Program-made: the position numbers and the translations under genes | Shown here: in pieces, positions 12,794 through 25,776 of the stretch | Layout: each line of letters starts with the position of its first letter | Position numbering within the stretch: position 1 is the first letter of the stretch | The notes under the pieces: model-generated | The model's input: only the letters and a program-made list of their open reading frames with translations | Database searches by the model: none | Told to the model about the DNA's origin: nothing | NCBI RefSeq assembly: GCF_964204645.1 | Contig: NC_134027.1 | Location: 18,810,560-18,874,559 of the forward strand | DNA length: 64,000 nt | Direction: 5' to 3' | Source: Tubulanus polymorphus | Taxonomy: Eukaryota > Animalia > Nemertea

Positions 12794-14083
12794 CACAGGG
12801 ACTTGTCACGACTGATAATGGATGAGACCAATGATGGGGGTACCAGTATCCCTGCAACTGTATAATAAAATAACAAGGGTGGCAACAAATTTTCAATCTG
12901 ACAATGACTTCTCCACTTCAATCGACTGTAATTCCAAAAATTCTCAACCGATTCACATGAAATAAGCTTTAATACAACCTAGAAGACTTTCTGCTTCGAA
13001 CGAGCCTACAACCACCATTCTAGGACAATTATCTCACAACGAAATCACCTTTTTTTGACGAGAGATAGCTCAAAATGGAGGTGTACCGATTCTATGGTGG
13101 ACAGCAAAATGGTCGTTTTTTTCAATTCAAACGATGATTTCTATGTGAGATCTTAGAGCCCCAACAAACCATACATTTTTTAAAACTACGCGGTCATACC
13201 TGTACGCTTATCTCATTTATTTGTATAATCCACGCGATGGGTGAGCTCACAAGCTCAAAATCGAAAATGAGGACGAACACGGCATTCAACTTGTCATCAA
13301 CTGGGCGGCCATTAATCACGTGATATCGTAGTAACGGGCTAAATATTTCACGCGCATTGATTGGCTTAGAGATTTCGAAAAACATTACAAAATTTATTAA
13401 AAGTTCTGTTAATTAATAAAATATCCGTATTATGAAAATATAGTGCAACATTCGTCTGAGGGGTGGTATTATTAGCAAATATTTCCTTTTTTCAAGTCTA
13501 TAGACGTAGACTTGTCGCGGTTCTATTAACATAGCCCGAACCTGCACGTCACGTGATTAATGGCCGCCAGCGCGATAGTGCGAGGTGACTTTTTCGTATA
13601 TTTGTTCGATTTTGAGCTTGCGAGCTCACCCATCGCGTGGCTTATACAAATAAATGAGATAAGCGTACAGGTATGACCGCGAAGTTTTAAAAAATGTATG
13701 GTTTGTTGGGGTTATCTCTAAGATTTCACATAGAAATCATCGTTTGAAGTGAAAAATACGACCATTTTGCTGTCCACCATAGAATCGGTACACCTCCAAT
13801 TTGAGCTATCTCTCGTCAAAAAACGGTGATTTCGTTGAGAGATAATTGTCCTAGAGTGGTGGTTAAAGGTTCGTTGGAAGCAGAAAGTCTTCTAGGTTGT
13901 ATTAAAGCTTATTTCATGTGAATCGGTTGAGAATTTTTGGAATTACAGTCGATTGAAGTGGAGAAGTCATTGTCAGATTGAAAATTTGTTGCCACCCTTG
14001 TTTTTTATATTATACAGGGATAGTGGACCTGGTCATTGATATTGGTTTTATTCATTCACTATCAATTGTGACAAGTCCCTGTG
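12794..14083. mobile_element. Foldback-type element with ~530-bp inverted arms
   Basis: Arms 12794-~13323 and ~13549-14083, termini CACAGGGACTTGTCAC / GTGACAAGTCCCTGTG, ~225 bp spacer; no TSD found. Confidence 0.85.
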
Positions 14084-14084
14084 T

Positions 14085-14835
14085 TAGGTATGTTCATGTC
14101 CGCGCGGGGCGCCACTATCGATTGTGACGACCATTATTGATTAGGAAAAGTGTGATGCGCGTTTTTACTACGCGTTTTGACATCGCGTAGTAAAATCATT
14201 CATAAAACCTGTCTATCAATGCAAATGAGCTAAAATCTTTTGGAATCAACCAATAAGATCGATCTTTATCACTTGGGGGTTGGTTTAGTGTATAAATCTG
14301 CATTTTAGTCGAAGAAAATAGAAATCGAAATATACCCTTTTTCAAGAGCAAAATTCGTCAGCTTAGGACCCGGAATAAGCGACGAATCATCAGGAATCGG
14401 AAGGTTTAGGATCTTAAAATTCAAATACTGAAGACCGCATGCTTTTATTTCGTGTCGGGGCTGAGCGATCGCTGCCGGAAAAGTCGATGTCTAAGTTTTG
14501 CGTTGAAGCGAGCGATACAAAATGGCGGCCGGCACTTGTTTTTGAATGACGACGCGCCGCGCTGCTCGTGATGAGATCAATATTCAACAATTATTCATCG
14601 GTCTAGCGGTGAATTGTTGTATTTATTTTCCGCCCGGATCGCCACTACGCTCCCGTCGGTAAAGCGGCTGATGAAAGAGGGAGGCGTCTAATGGGATGAA
14701 TTGAGGCTTGTGACGGGCAAAAATAGAGGCGCGTGATGGGACAATGAGGCTCCCGAGGGGATTTTCCAAAAGCAGCAAAATTGAAATATATATAAAATAT
14801 TGTTGAAATTTAGCTCAAAACAAAACAAATGGATT
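14085..14835 (+). repeat. Unclassified interspersed repeat, copy 2
   Basis: Direct repeat of 11489-12575 lacking the MITE. Confidence 0.8.
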
Positions 14836-16312
14836 ATTATTTAGTTATTATTAGTAGTATTATTACTATTGCTTGGTTTATGTTTCTAAACTGATTGATT
14901 TTATTATGATATCATGAATATATTTCAAATTTCAGCGTTTTGAGCTAGGCCAAGCCTAATTTTCTGCTTTTCTTAACTAAAATTCATTTAGCAAATAATA
15001 TATAAAATTGGTATATTTAAATCAATTTGCAATAGGAGCCTATGGCTATAGACCTAACTGACAGGCCTTGATAATCATGTTTATTCATTTCAAAAATTAT
15101 GTAGTGAAAAAAATAATTTCATTTGAAATCATATCAATATTTCTCAATATTTCACATTTTTTCTTGCCGTTACCATGGAAACCTAATAATAATAATCTAT
15201 ATAATAATAGATATTCCTAGATAAACTTAGGGTAAACATAAACTATTGATAACTAGTTATTCTATCCCCTTTCTACATCATAACTTTTGATCAAACATCG
15301 ATATTTTCATTATTTTACCATTTTTCGGCTGGTTTCCATGGAAACCATAGACATTTGGAATCAGATAAAAATTTTGGGTCTTTCAACTGTCACCTGAAAG
15401 TGCTATGAGTGTATTGCTCTTTAAATTTCTAGTCTATCTCTTTTAGTTTAAGAGATATTGAAGTTTGTTTGAAATATTGCCTTCTTAGATCACAGTTTTG
15501 TGTATTGAAACATGAAGACACTTTTCGCTCAAATTTTCAAACTTCAATTTGCGATATCTCGAAAACTACTGAAGATAATTCAAAAAGCATATTGTTATTT
15601 GAGCCCTCCCCATTCCAACAAGCTTTCTTTCAGTAAGATTGGAGCTATTTGAATTTTTTATGGATATAGCTACCTGTGTCATTTTCGGAGAGAATGACCC
15701 GAGGCCCAGTGTCGAAAGAAAGCGAACGAAATCTACATTTGTCAATACTGACCTGATACTCGTTTTTAAACATTCTGAAGTAAGTAGTAACCTATGTTTG
15801 TTTCGCGTTCAGAGAGGCCTTAAATTGTAAATTGTTTGAAATTTGGTCGTCTTATGGCGCCCTCTCAACATATTTTCAAATTCAATTCAACATAGGACAA
15901 TAGCGGCTAGCTCCAAGAATATCCAAGTCAGGTTACCTTTTCAATTCAATTCAAAATATATTGTATCCGTATAATTACAAAATCAGGACACTCGGACAGA
16001 CACGGCAATCATTATGAGTTTTCCGATTTGCTCGGCTACCCGTACTGGCGGTGTAGTCTAGATAGGCCAATGAAAACTCCGGTTAGCTGAACAACCCCTT
16101 TTTACGGGGATGCGGTATGATGTCAAGCGGTTGGGTGTTTTAGTGCTTACAACGATGCTTTTTACTCAAGTTCATGTGGTACATGGTGGTTCAAAAAAGA
16201 GTTTCATAATAGAGAAGTGGTTGCTACGCTACAATGGATTTGTTTCAAATGTGATAGTGTAAATTGCGCTAGTTTCACTTTCCATAGTTTTGACTAGATC
16301 ATCTTCTAATTA

Positions 16313-16736
16313 GGGGCCGTCCATTAATTACGTACGCCTCGTTGGGGGAGGGGGTCTTAATAAATTGCATACATGTGCGTACAGAGGGGGTCTAATTCTG
16401 ATGCGTTCGGTACGACACCATAAACAAATCGTTAGTATTCCCTGTATACGTCATACATTGTCTATTACCCATATTGTACACTGGACTCATCCCAGTTCAA
16501 GTACTCGCGACTTTCAGTACAAACGTAATGAAAGTAGGTCCAATCAATAAAAATAATAGCCTTTCCTCGAGTCTTTCTTTATCTGTTAGACACACTCTGG
16601 GGGGGGGGGGGCGGGTAAATTTGAAGGTCAGTACGTGCGCAAAGGGGAGGGGGTAAATTATTTGCGTAAAAGTGTGTACAAGGGGGAGGAGGTCTGATTT
16701 TACCAACAATAATGCGTGTAATAAATGGACGACCCC
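16313..16736. mobile_element. MITE with TTA TSD (Zator- or PIF/Harbinger-like)
   Basis: TIR GGGGCCGTCCATTAATTAC / GTAATAAATGGACGACCCC; TTA at 16310-16312 and 16737-16739. Confidence 0.85.
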
Positions 16737-17368
16737 TTACTATTTTCCATTGACGGAATGCTCAATTGACTCTATCAACCCAATATTGCAACAGTTCTCT
16801 ATTCGCTTAAGTAGTCCGATAAGCCGGAAAGGTTCTACTGAAGCAAGCCGTAGGCGTTTGTCTAAGATTAATGTCAGTGAATTGTTAGGGACGGGTGAAC
16901 AAGACCGCTGAATTCTCAACTGTTCTTGAATACGCCAAACCGGACATCATCTGTGGTGGGAGTCGTGGCTTCACACCAACGTTAAATCAGGTGAAGTCTT
17001 CCCACCCAAGTATACGATTTTCTGCAAGGATCGAAGTTCTCTCGGGGAAGGCGTCTTCACACTAGTTCACAACAGCCTATTAACTTCAAGCGAAATCCCA
17101 GACTTCCAGGCGGAATCAGAATTACTATGGGTAAAAGTTGCCATCGACAAAAGCAAGAACCTAAATGTCGGATGGTTCTACATGCCCAAAGATGCCAGGA
17201 GGATGTCAGGGAACTCGCGTCAAACCTCCACCAACTGAACGCTACACCGAATTACAAACAAATATACTCCTAGCAGGTGACTTTAACTGCCCAGACATTG
17301 ATTGGGATAACAACACATCGTCAGCCCCGGAGCCAATTTAGTCCAACAAAATCTAGTTGATGCAGCTA

Positions 17369-18387
17369 TGTAGTTTAGGTTTGTATAATGGTCATATTTC
17401 TGACAGTTCTACTGCTCATGCTCAATCCAGGAAGAAAGACACTCTAAATATTTGGATGGATATATAAAAGCTGTGGGTACTGGAGTGTGTAATGGGTAGC
17501 GTAGTGTGATCTGTGTGCATTTGTGGCCAGCACACAGATCACATTGTTCAATGGGGTTTGATCCAGGACTCGCAACACGGAAGTAACGTGTAATAAATGA
17601 TGACTTGAATTGCATGACTACCTACCACCCCTCATTATTGTCGGAAAACTAAACGTTCGGCACTGACTAAAGATTAGTAATAACATTTTAGAAATGGCCA
17701 ATATTTTAACTTAGGTTCTATCTCATTTTTATTTTACAATTGCGATTGGTATAATTTTTTCTAAAACGGCCGTTAAGGCTTCATGTTTCGTCTGCAATTC
17801 ACTGCAAATAGTTACGCAACTACGCAAATTTCAGTGTTTTTGGCAGCTGTACACTCAATCGGCACCGTTCGTGACTAGCTTCACCGCGGAATTATCATTA
17901 ATTAACATCGCCATATCACATCATCAACTTATATTGTGCCTTAAAACCCTAACAGCCGTAATAATTGAAATGCACACACGATTTCTATCATTGAAAATTG
18001 AGAGAGTGGCTATGTTTGTGTTTGCTGCTTCGCGTAAATCCTGCGCGGTGGCGCAACCGCGCGGAGTGGGGCCGATACGTCTAGTGTATAATTGCTCATG
18101 TGTGAAATTGTATGAAATCTGCTGATCTGGTGATCTGTGTGTATTGAATTTGGCAGTTGGTGTACTGACGTTGTGGCTCTTACATGATTTTAATACTCTC
18201 AAATGTTCTGCAAGTTATTTGTTATTATTCGAATTTCTGGTTATTATTATAATATTTGTGTACTAATTTTGTGTTGTTTCTTGTCTTTAGAAACGGCATC
18301 GATGATAAATGATGGCAATAAATGTAAAGATGTCAGTTTAACATTGAGTGTTTTTCGACGTTCGCAAATTCGTGTTCGGAGTCTACA
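17369..18387. mobile_element. Solo LTR (~360 bp without its nested insert)
   Basis: TGTAG...CTACA termini; 5-bp TSD AGCTA at 17364-17368 and 18388-18392; removing it rejoins the LINE frame (LVDAA|TTAQLTQ). Confidence 0.88.
17427..18080 (+). mobile_element. ~660 bp TIR-less mobile element, copy 2
   Basis: Reverse complement of 7432-8097; CCAGG at the left end, CTAG at 18081-18084. Confidence 0.85.
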
Positions 18388-19177
18388 AGCTACGACAGCC
18401 CAACTCACCCAAATCCAGAAGGAACCTACAAGAGAGAACGCAATCTTAGACTTAGTATTCACATCCAACCTAACCCTTGTTAAAAACTCAACCGTTATAC
18501 CAGGGATATCGGACAACAGCATTGTCATCACGGACTTTAATATCAAACCAAATCGAATCCGACGGAAGCCACTCAAACTTTTCCAGTTCGGTCCAAGTCC
18601 AGTATAGCGTGAAATAGTTCCCCGCTCAAAGATACATTTAAAAAAGGAGTAATTCGGCTGTGCACTCAGTCTTCCACCAACATACCGACAAACCGACATA
18701 CTCATAGTCCCTCGATCCAGCCACGGGTAATCCACGGAAAAACACTGTCCCTCGATCCTAGCCACTCTATATAATGGTATTCCACGCAAACACCCAGCGC
18801 CTCGATCCTCTAGCCACTTTATAAAAGAGTTGAAACCACGAACTGGAATTGTATTATACCTATATATAGAATTCCTTATATAGAATACCAATAGACCTAT
18901 ATATTATAATCCAAGGCTTTACAGCACTTCGATGACCGCATTGTACTTGTCACGTGATTTTAGTAACAGCGGAAGTTTCGTTCCCTTACATCGTTCATTT
19001 ACGTGCAAGTCGCGGTAGGAGCTGCTTGGTAGATTTTGTTAGATCTTGGCAGAATCATAACGTGTCGTAAGTTTTACCTATAATTAATTATCATTCTGTT
19101 GTCTTCACATTCCGTTTAATAACTCGTCGTGTATCATGTACGCATTTCCAGTAAGATTTACAGCTAACATCTATGGC

Positions 19178-20529
19178 ATGGAAATACTGTCAAAATTAAA
19201 ATAGCATTTTTGATGCGTCAATCGACGCGTCAAACGACGCATCAAACGATGCGTCAAATTCTTATCTCATTTCATAATGCATTTGATAAAGATCTATATG
19301 GTCCAGATGGTTTGGGTTAAGGTTAGTTTGAGGGCTATGTGTAGGTAAAACATTCCACCTGTATTTGGCTGTCTCGAGCAGTATCACTGTGCTAGCGCTT
19401 GCAGGCCTGAGTTCGAATACTGTTCTTTTCTCTATGTTGTATTTTTTCTACAGATTTTTTGAGTCGAGGGATAAGTGTGGGATTCTAATCAGAGCAAATT
19501 ACTATGGACAAAATAGTGCCCATATATAACAGGAATAATGCCCCGTCGCTGATCCCTGTACCCAAAAACTGACCTGATCAGAATCAAGATGACCGCCTGC
19601 CGAAATCAGCAATTTTTACTCATTATTTTTCAATTTTCAAGGGAAATTTTGCAGCCATGCTTTGATTAATCAATCATTCTTATATTTGTATCTACCAAGT
19701 GCCCATCAGCTTATGAAATGGGTCTGTCGGACACAAGTCGGCTGTGTGTTACCTTTTTTGTTCCCAAAAAGGTCACCTTTTTTGTTCCCAAAAAGGTCGA
19801 CTGATTTTGGCTTCACCTTTTCGCTCTATACGAACCTTATCAGACACTACGTTTCGTGGTGTAATCCATGCAAGAATTCAGAGACCTTCATCCATTCCTT
19901 GCAAAGGTTTGATTCCCTACCGCTAACATAAACCCTTCAATGGTCAACCCTTCGATGGTCTAGTTATTGCCCAGGTTTCTTTAGACAGGTTGCTGCTACT
20001 AAGCGGCCACCAGTCTGTAATGTATATTATGTAACAATAACACATTGAATTGTAAAATCTGCCGCGAAACGAAGAGCTTTCGAAGCAGCGGCTGATCTAG
20101 GAACTGCGAGACCCGAGGGACCAGGGCCGCTTCCCCTCAAAGTTCCGAGCGTTTATCTCTTATTTCCCGAATACTGTCGAGCCCGGCTTGAGAGTTGTGT
20201 TGCAATAATCTACTCATTTCCTCTTGTATTAGTTCTAAAATGCAGGAAATTGCACAATTATGCACATCGAAATACATATCAGTCTGAAGATAACCCCCAG
20301 ATCCCCCACCCTCCGTTCGCGCCTAATACAAGACAGTCCCTAGAGATCCTCCCCTGCGAAGGACAGACAGAGCAACCAGAAGAGAAAAAAAACAATAGAT
20401 GCTTATAAAATGTATAATGAAATAAGATTAAATTTTGAATAAAGTGAATATGACGCGTCGTTTGACACGTCGTTTGACGCGTCGATTGACACGTCAAAAA
20501 TGCTTTTTTAATTTTGACAGTATTTCCAT
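19178..20529. mobile_element. Nested element bounded by ~80-bp inverted repeats
   Basis: ATGGAAATACTGTCAAAATTAAAA...(GACGCGTCAAAC)n at 19178-19260 and its reverse complement at 20445-20529; no TSD seen. Confidence 0.7.
20086..20356. mobile_element. Small MITE with 5-bp TSD
   Basis: Imperfect TIR CAGCGGCTGATCTAG / CTAGAGATCCTCCCCTG; CGAAG at 20081-20085 and 20357-20361. Confidence 0.55.
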
Positions 20530-22489
20530 CAGTTGTTGAATATTATTAATCATTGAATATTTTCGAAGTTTTGTCGGGTTGAGTAATATACTTTTGCCAG
20601 CTAATCCCGTCGTATTTGTATGCGTTCTGGGATTAAATACGTTTCCAGCGGTGTGTATAAATCATTCGTTCATACTGAACATTTTCAACTGAATGTCCAT
20701 ATTCTGGCCAGTGATATGTCGCTCGATCGTTATTTGGTCAAATTTGGTCATATTTATTAGCTAGCCTACCACTGATATCGGTTTCGGAGAACTTCCATTT
20801 CCGGTTAGGTTTTTTCGTAGGGAATTTCGGAGCATTTCAGCTCCAACCTATTACTGTACTTGGTATTTATATAAGGGTAATCCACGCCTGGGTTTGTCGG
20901 TATGTCGGTTCGTCGGTTTGTTGGTATGTCGGTTTGTCGGTATGTCGGTTCGTCGGTTTGTCGGTATGTCCGCACGTAATGTCGTAAGATTCAATCAGTC
21001 CTATATTGGCAGATTAATTACAAATACCAGTCCGATGTGATAAGTCTCTGCTTGAGTTATTTAATGCTATAATGGACTTGAGTTTCCAGTTCCACAAAGC
21101 TGACTGGAACCAGCTGAAAGAAGACTAAAATCTCAGATCTCTGATAAGATTCAACTGGATATTAACCAAGGCGAGGATGCTGAAACTCTATGGACCCGAT
21201 TCAAAACCACTATCTCCTGAGCTCGATAAATACCAACATACCTAACAGATAAGCCGTCAAATCAGAAACGTACCGTGGTTTAACTCATCAATCCGGAAGA
21301 AGATGAAACGTAAATGCAGGCTATATTCCCAAGCCAAGAGGACTGGAAACTGGAAGAATTATCGTCAACACCAGAAAGTTGTCTGCAGGGAAATACGGGA
21401 GACTGAGTGGAGATATCTAAATTCAACGATCGGAGAGAGCTTAGCACAAAATAACACTTAACCGTTCTGGCCGTATATCAAGCGGAAAACACAAGACAAC
21501 ATAGGGGCAGCCCCACTTCGCAGAGGCTCGGAACACGTGAGCGATGCGAAAGGTAAAGCCGAGCTAACCGCTAAGCAATTCAAATCGGTCTTTGATAATG
21601 ACAAATCCCCACCACCAGTTATCCAACCTCAATAAGAAGAGATCTCACAAATAACAGGAGACAACAAAGACGTCACCAAGCTGCTGAAAAACATAAAGGT
21701 AAGCGGCCCAGACGGTATACCAAATCTTGTGCTACGGAATTGTGCTGATGAATTAGCACCAGTACATCTACCAACGCTCACTGGACACTGGTACCCTACC
21801 CCACGATAGGCGAACCGCCACCGTATCGAGTATCTTCAAAAGCGGAGACAAGCACGACTCCGGGAACTAAAGGCCGGTATCTTTTACAGTAGTCACCTGT
21901 AAGTTCCTCGAACATATCATATATCGACATATCATGTGTCACCTAGAAGCCAATAACATCTTAACCCTTCTCAACCATGGTTTCAGAGCAGGTTTCTCGT
22001 GCGTAACCCAACTCCTCGCGATCGTCAAGTAATGGTGGATGAGCTTCAATGCAAAGAAGTGTCAGATTCTGTCCATACAGAATAAGCGCAGCTATCACTT
22101 CACTATCAGCAACTCTATCTTCAAACAGATTACCAGCTCACTGTACCTTGGCGTCCAGATTACTGATAACTCAAATGGCATACCCATACTAACAAAATCA
22201 CTAGTAGAGCCAATTCCACATTAGGATTACTCCGCCGTAATCTAAGAAGGTTTCCACAGGAACAGAAACGTACAGCCTACATTGCTTTGGTTCGCTTAAT
22301 TTTCGAATACGGATCCGTTATATGGGACCCATACATGAAATCGGACATTGAGCAGTTGGAAAGAGTCCAACGGAGCGCAGCCAGGTTCATCCTCAACGTC
22401 TACCGCTCTAGAACACCGTGATTGATGCACGACCGAAATGTTGGCAACCCTTGACCTGCCAAGCCAAGCTACACGGCGGAGGAACCAGC

Positions 22490-24540
22490 GCCTATATTGA
22501 TTCAATTTCTACGAGTTCTGTTGTAAATCCATACGATTTCAGTTCGTTGCGTAGCTTTTATGTTTCTGTTAGAAATTCCCTCATCACATTGAAACAAATG
22601 AATTATATGTCAGAAATTTGGAGCAGTGATTTGTTATTTTAAGTTACTAGGCGTATCCCAGTTGATAAACGTTCTAAATGGAATGATTTTGTACGTCGAA
22701 TTTCTAGAACTACTTATCCCACTCTATTTGATTTCAAGATTCTGTCGAGGCAGATTTTGGACCATTCTCGTTGCAAAATAAACCTAGGAAATCTAGTAAT
22801 CCTGTGAATGTCGTTAATGGTCCACGGAGACCACATGTATTTAATTCCAGAGCATGAACCTATAAAATGTATCGTTTGTTCGGATAGCCATTCTTTGAAT
22901 AATTGCAAGGCTTATCAAGATAAGTCTGTCATTGATCGATTCACAATTGTGAAAAAAGTATCGTTTATGTATCAATTGTTTGAAAACAGGTCATTTTCTT
23001 GCTGCCTGTGCTTTGCTATACGGTGCAGAGAGGCAGCTTGCGGAAAATGCACCATACCGTGTTACATCTTCCGTCCTAGAGTAGTCAGATTCCAAATAGA
23101 TCCATGTTGAATATTCCGTCGTCTGATAAATCGCGTCAAAATTAGTCCTTAGAACGTGGTGATTCTGCAATTATCCAAAATGCAATTTCAACTGAAACTT
23201 ATTGTAACAATGTGTTTTTCAGGTGTTGCCGGTCACAGTTCAGGGAAAAAAAATGGACGTCGTATTGCCACACATGCTTTGTTAGACTTCGGTAGCGATG
23301 TTACCTTAATTCATGAAGATTTGGCTGATGAGCTTGGGTTACCAGGTGAAAAACAATTATTTACAACAAGTACCCTCAATTTTAGTGTTGCACGTATATC
23401 TAGGTGTGTTACTTTTGCCGTTCGTGGCAATGATCCAGATTCGAAAGATGTTAACATTTCGCGAGCCTAGACTACTCATAACAATATAAATTGTCCCGCT
23501 CAGACGTTTTCTGAGGTTTTTCTCAATAATCTATCACATTTGAATGGTTTGTCCTTTACGGACTATTCGCCTTGTCAGGTTAAGATTCTAATTGGTGCAA
23601 ATGTGCCTCAAGTGCACGTCCAATTAGAGGTTAGGGAAGGCACCTCCCAGCAGCCTGCAGCAATAAAAACCAGACTCGGTTGGTGTTTGTTTGGACTTTA
23701 GATTTTAGCGAGTTACCAATTGAACGTACTTTAGGAATTAAGTGGAATGCTCAACAGATTGATTGTTTCGTTTATAGACCGGCAATTAAACCTGTCACAC
23801 CTACCAAGCGAGGGATTTTAAGCGCTGTATGTTCTGTGTTTGATCCTTTGGGATTTTTATCTCCATTTACGCTAAAGGCTAAATGTTTGATTCAGAATAT
23901 GTGGCATTGTGGTTTAGGTTAGGATAAAAAGATATCCGGTGATCTTTTTGAAACTTGATGCGCGTGGGCAAGACGAGTTGCTATTATTATACGATTTGAG
24001 AATCGCTCGACATCATTTGTTCTTGTCGCCTTCTGCCGAAACGTAGCAGCTAAATCTGTTCTGTGATGCATCGGAACGAGCATTCGGCTGTGTTTGGTTA
24101 TTTGTGTTATAACACGGGTGAGCTTTTTTCCTGTTCATTTCTTGCTTCTAAAACGCATCTTGCTCCCGTTAAACATCCTTGAGATCCGTGATGTTGTTTA
24201 TTGGACCGATTCTCAGACTGTTATACGGTATATATACAATGAAAAGAAGCGTTTAAAGACATTTGTTGCGAATCGTGTGAGCAAAATTCGTGAAAATTCA
24301 TCACCTAAGCAGTGGAAGTACGTTTCTTCAAATTCAAATCCCGCTGATGATTGTGCCCGCGGACTTTCTGCGGCCACCTTAACATCATCTCATAGATGGT
24401 TCAATGGCCCAGAATTTCTGCAACTAGCTGAAACTAGTTGGTCACCTGAACCTAATGTTGGTTCTATATCTTATCTAGATGAACATATAAAAGTTGCAAC
24501 AACCGTGAATCGAACTTTAGGGTCTTTTGACTGTGAGGCC
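22490..24540 (+). pseudogene. Heavily decayed BEL/Pao gag-PR-RH fragment
   Basis: CIVCSDSH knuckle, protease ALLDFGSD, FDPLGFLSP, WTDSQ, NPADD; most of RT deleted near 23700; resembles the outer BEL at 44772-56869. Confidence 0.85.
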
Positions 24541-25144
24541 GCTATTGATCTCAACGATCTATATGGACGACTTCCTCAAATCAGTCAAGATAGTTCTTGA
24601 AGCCATAGGGATGTTGTCACAGGTCTCTTCTACAGTTACCGTTGGCGGTTTTCGGCTTACGAAATATTTCAGCAATAGCCGTGAAGTCCTTGCTGCGATG
24701 GCTCCATCTGATGTTGCCATTGATGTCCAGAAGTTACCCGACGGTCAATTACCTAAAGAGCGAGTGCTGGGCGTACTATGGGACGCTGAAAATGATGTTA
24801 TTGGTATAATAGTTCGTGTGTTCGATGCTGCGTTGACGCGACGAATTCTACTGCGATTGGTATCTTCGATTTTCGATCCATTTGGTATCGCCGCACCGTT
24901 TCTTCTCCAAGCCAAGATACTCATTCAACTATCTTGGACTCGAAAGCTTGATTGGGATGCTGACTTACCTGGAAGAAGATGTACGTGATTGGAAGTTATG
25001 GTTAGATGTTTTAAAGTCGTTACCAGATGTTCACATTGTCCGTTGCTACAAGCCAACGGAAGATGAACCCGGTCGCCGCGAACTTCACCTGTTTTGTAAT
25101 GCGTCTACAAAGGCCTTTGGTGCAGTCGCATACTTCCGTTTAGT
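24541..25144 (+). pseudogene. Second BEL/Pao fragment (RT C-terminus to RNase H), left part
   Basis: IYMDDFL, RVLGVLWD, FDPFG, LHLFCNAS; frame continues at 36067 once the Gypsy insertion is removed (AYFRLV|MPDGD). Confidence 0.88.
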
Positions 25145-25762
25145 TGTCACTAACGGGATCTTTGAATTCCACTTGAGTGATAGAATGTTAACAAGCGTCC
25201 ACGAATAAACGAGTCGCAACACACAGAGTTCCTGTCTTCAAAATTACTTTTATTTCACGAACTGATCTCAACGATCTAAAAATTCCTAGCGGTCTCCCCC
25301 ACGGTCCAAAAACCCCAGTATATATAGTCAATTCTCCAACCCATCTCATTAGCGAACGACATTGCCAAAGCCCGTTAATTTGTCGTTAGCGCAACAGCGT
25401 TGCCCATAAAAATATCATTATTCAACCGAAATAATTACAAAAGGACATTATACGTGACAGTTTCCCATAAAAATGTAACATTAACTTTGAATTATGTTCT
25501 TCAGCGGCAGTCGTTGCTCGCAAAAGCAAATACTTACGAGCAACTGACGCGCATTAGTCGTAATTTTCCTAAGGTTCAATCTCAGTACAAAAAGTTATAT
25601 GAAAGCTGACGCTGGAACAAAGTTCGAAAGTTTTATCACGAAAGATGGCACTGTTGAATGAGTTGGATAATGAATGCGGAATAGTTTATGATATCGTTAG
25701 AAGATGGCAGCACTGCCTATGAATTGAGACTGCTGTTGAAACTCAACAATACCACTGTCACA
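25145..25762 (-). repeat. Gypsy-env 3' LTR
   Basis: Minus strand TGTGACAG...GTGACA; TATATATA at ~25319-25326 and AATAAA at ~25249-25254 on the minus strand. Confidence 0.97.
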
Positions 25763-25766
25763 TATA

Positions 25767-25776
25767 CCCCCCTTCC
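25767..25776 (-). promoter_or_regulatory. Gypsy-env polypurine tract
   Basis: Minus strand GGAAGGGGGG-TATA just before the 3' LTR. Confidence 0.88.

Larger units (their letters stand above)
18590..21083. mobile_element. Non-autonomous Mutator(MULE)-like DNA transposon
   Basis: TTCCAGTTC duplicated at 18581-18589 and 21084-21092 (9-10 bp TSD); imperfect TIR CAAGTCCAGTATAGCGTGAAATA / TATTTAATGCTATAATGGACTTG; subterminal ACCGAC arrays inverted at ~18680 and 20890-20970; removing it rejoins LINE KLFQF|HKADW. Confidence 0.8.
16855..22490 (+). pseudogene. Degenerate LINE ORF2 (APE endonuclease plus RT, CR1/L2-group-like), split into three pieces
   Basis: Manual translation: KPDIICG-ESW and LLAGDFNCPDIDW (16855-17368); EPTRENAILDLVF...GISD (18388-18589); KADW, GPDGIP, RPVS, HGFRAGFSCVTQL, YLGV, EYGSVIWDPY, LERVQRSAARF (21084-22490). 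RT catalytic core deleted near 22025. Confidence 0.9.

Noticed and set aside
15165-15350. GTTACCATGGAAAC RFX X-box-like motifs as regulatory sites
   Set aside because: No nearby gene; such motifs are common inside invertebrate interspersed repeats.
18247-18891. 214-aa minus-strand ORF as a host gene
   Set aside because: It spans three unrelated pieces (solo LTR, LINE antisense, MULE end), so it is a chance ORF.
25400-25609. 69-aa ORF duplicated at 35700-35909
   Set aside because: Lies inside the identical LTRs, antisense, with a TTG start and no motif.
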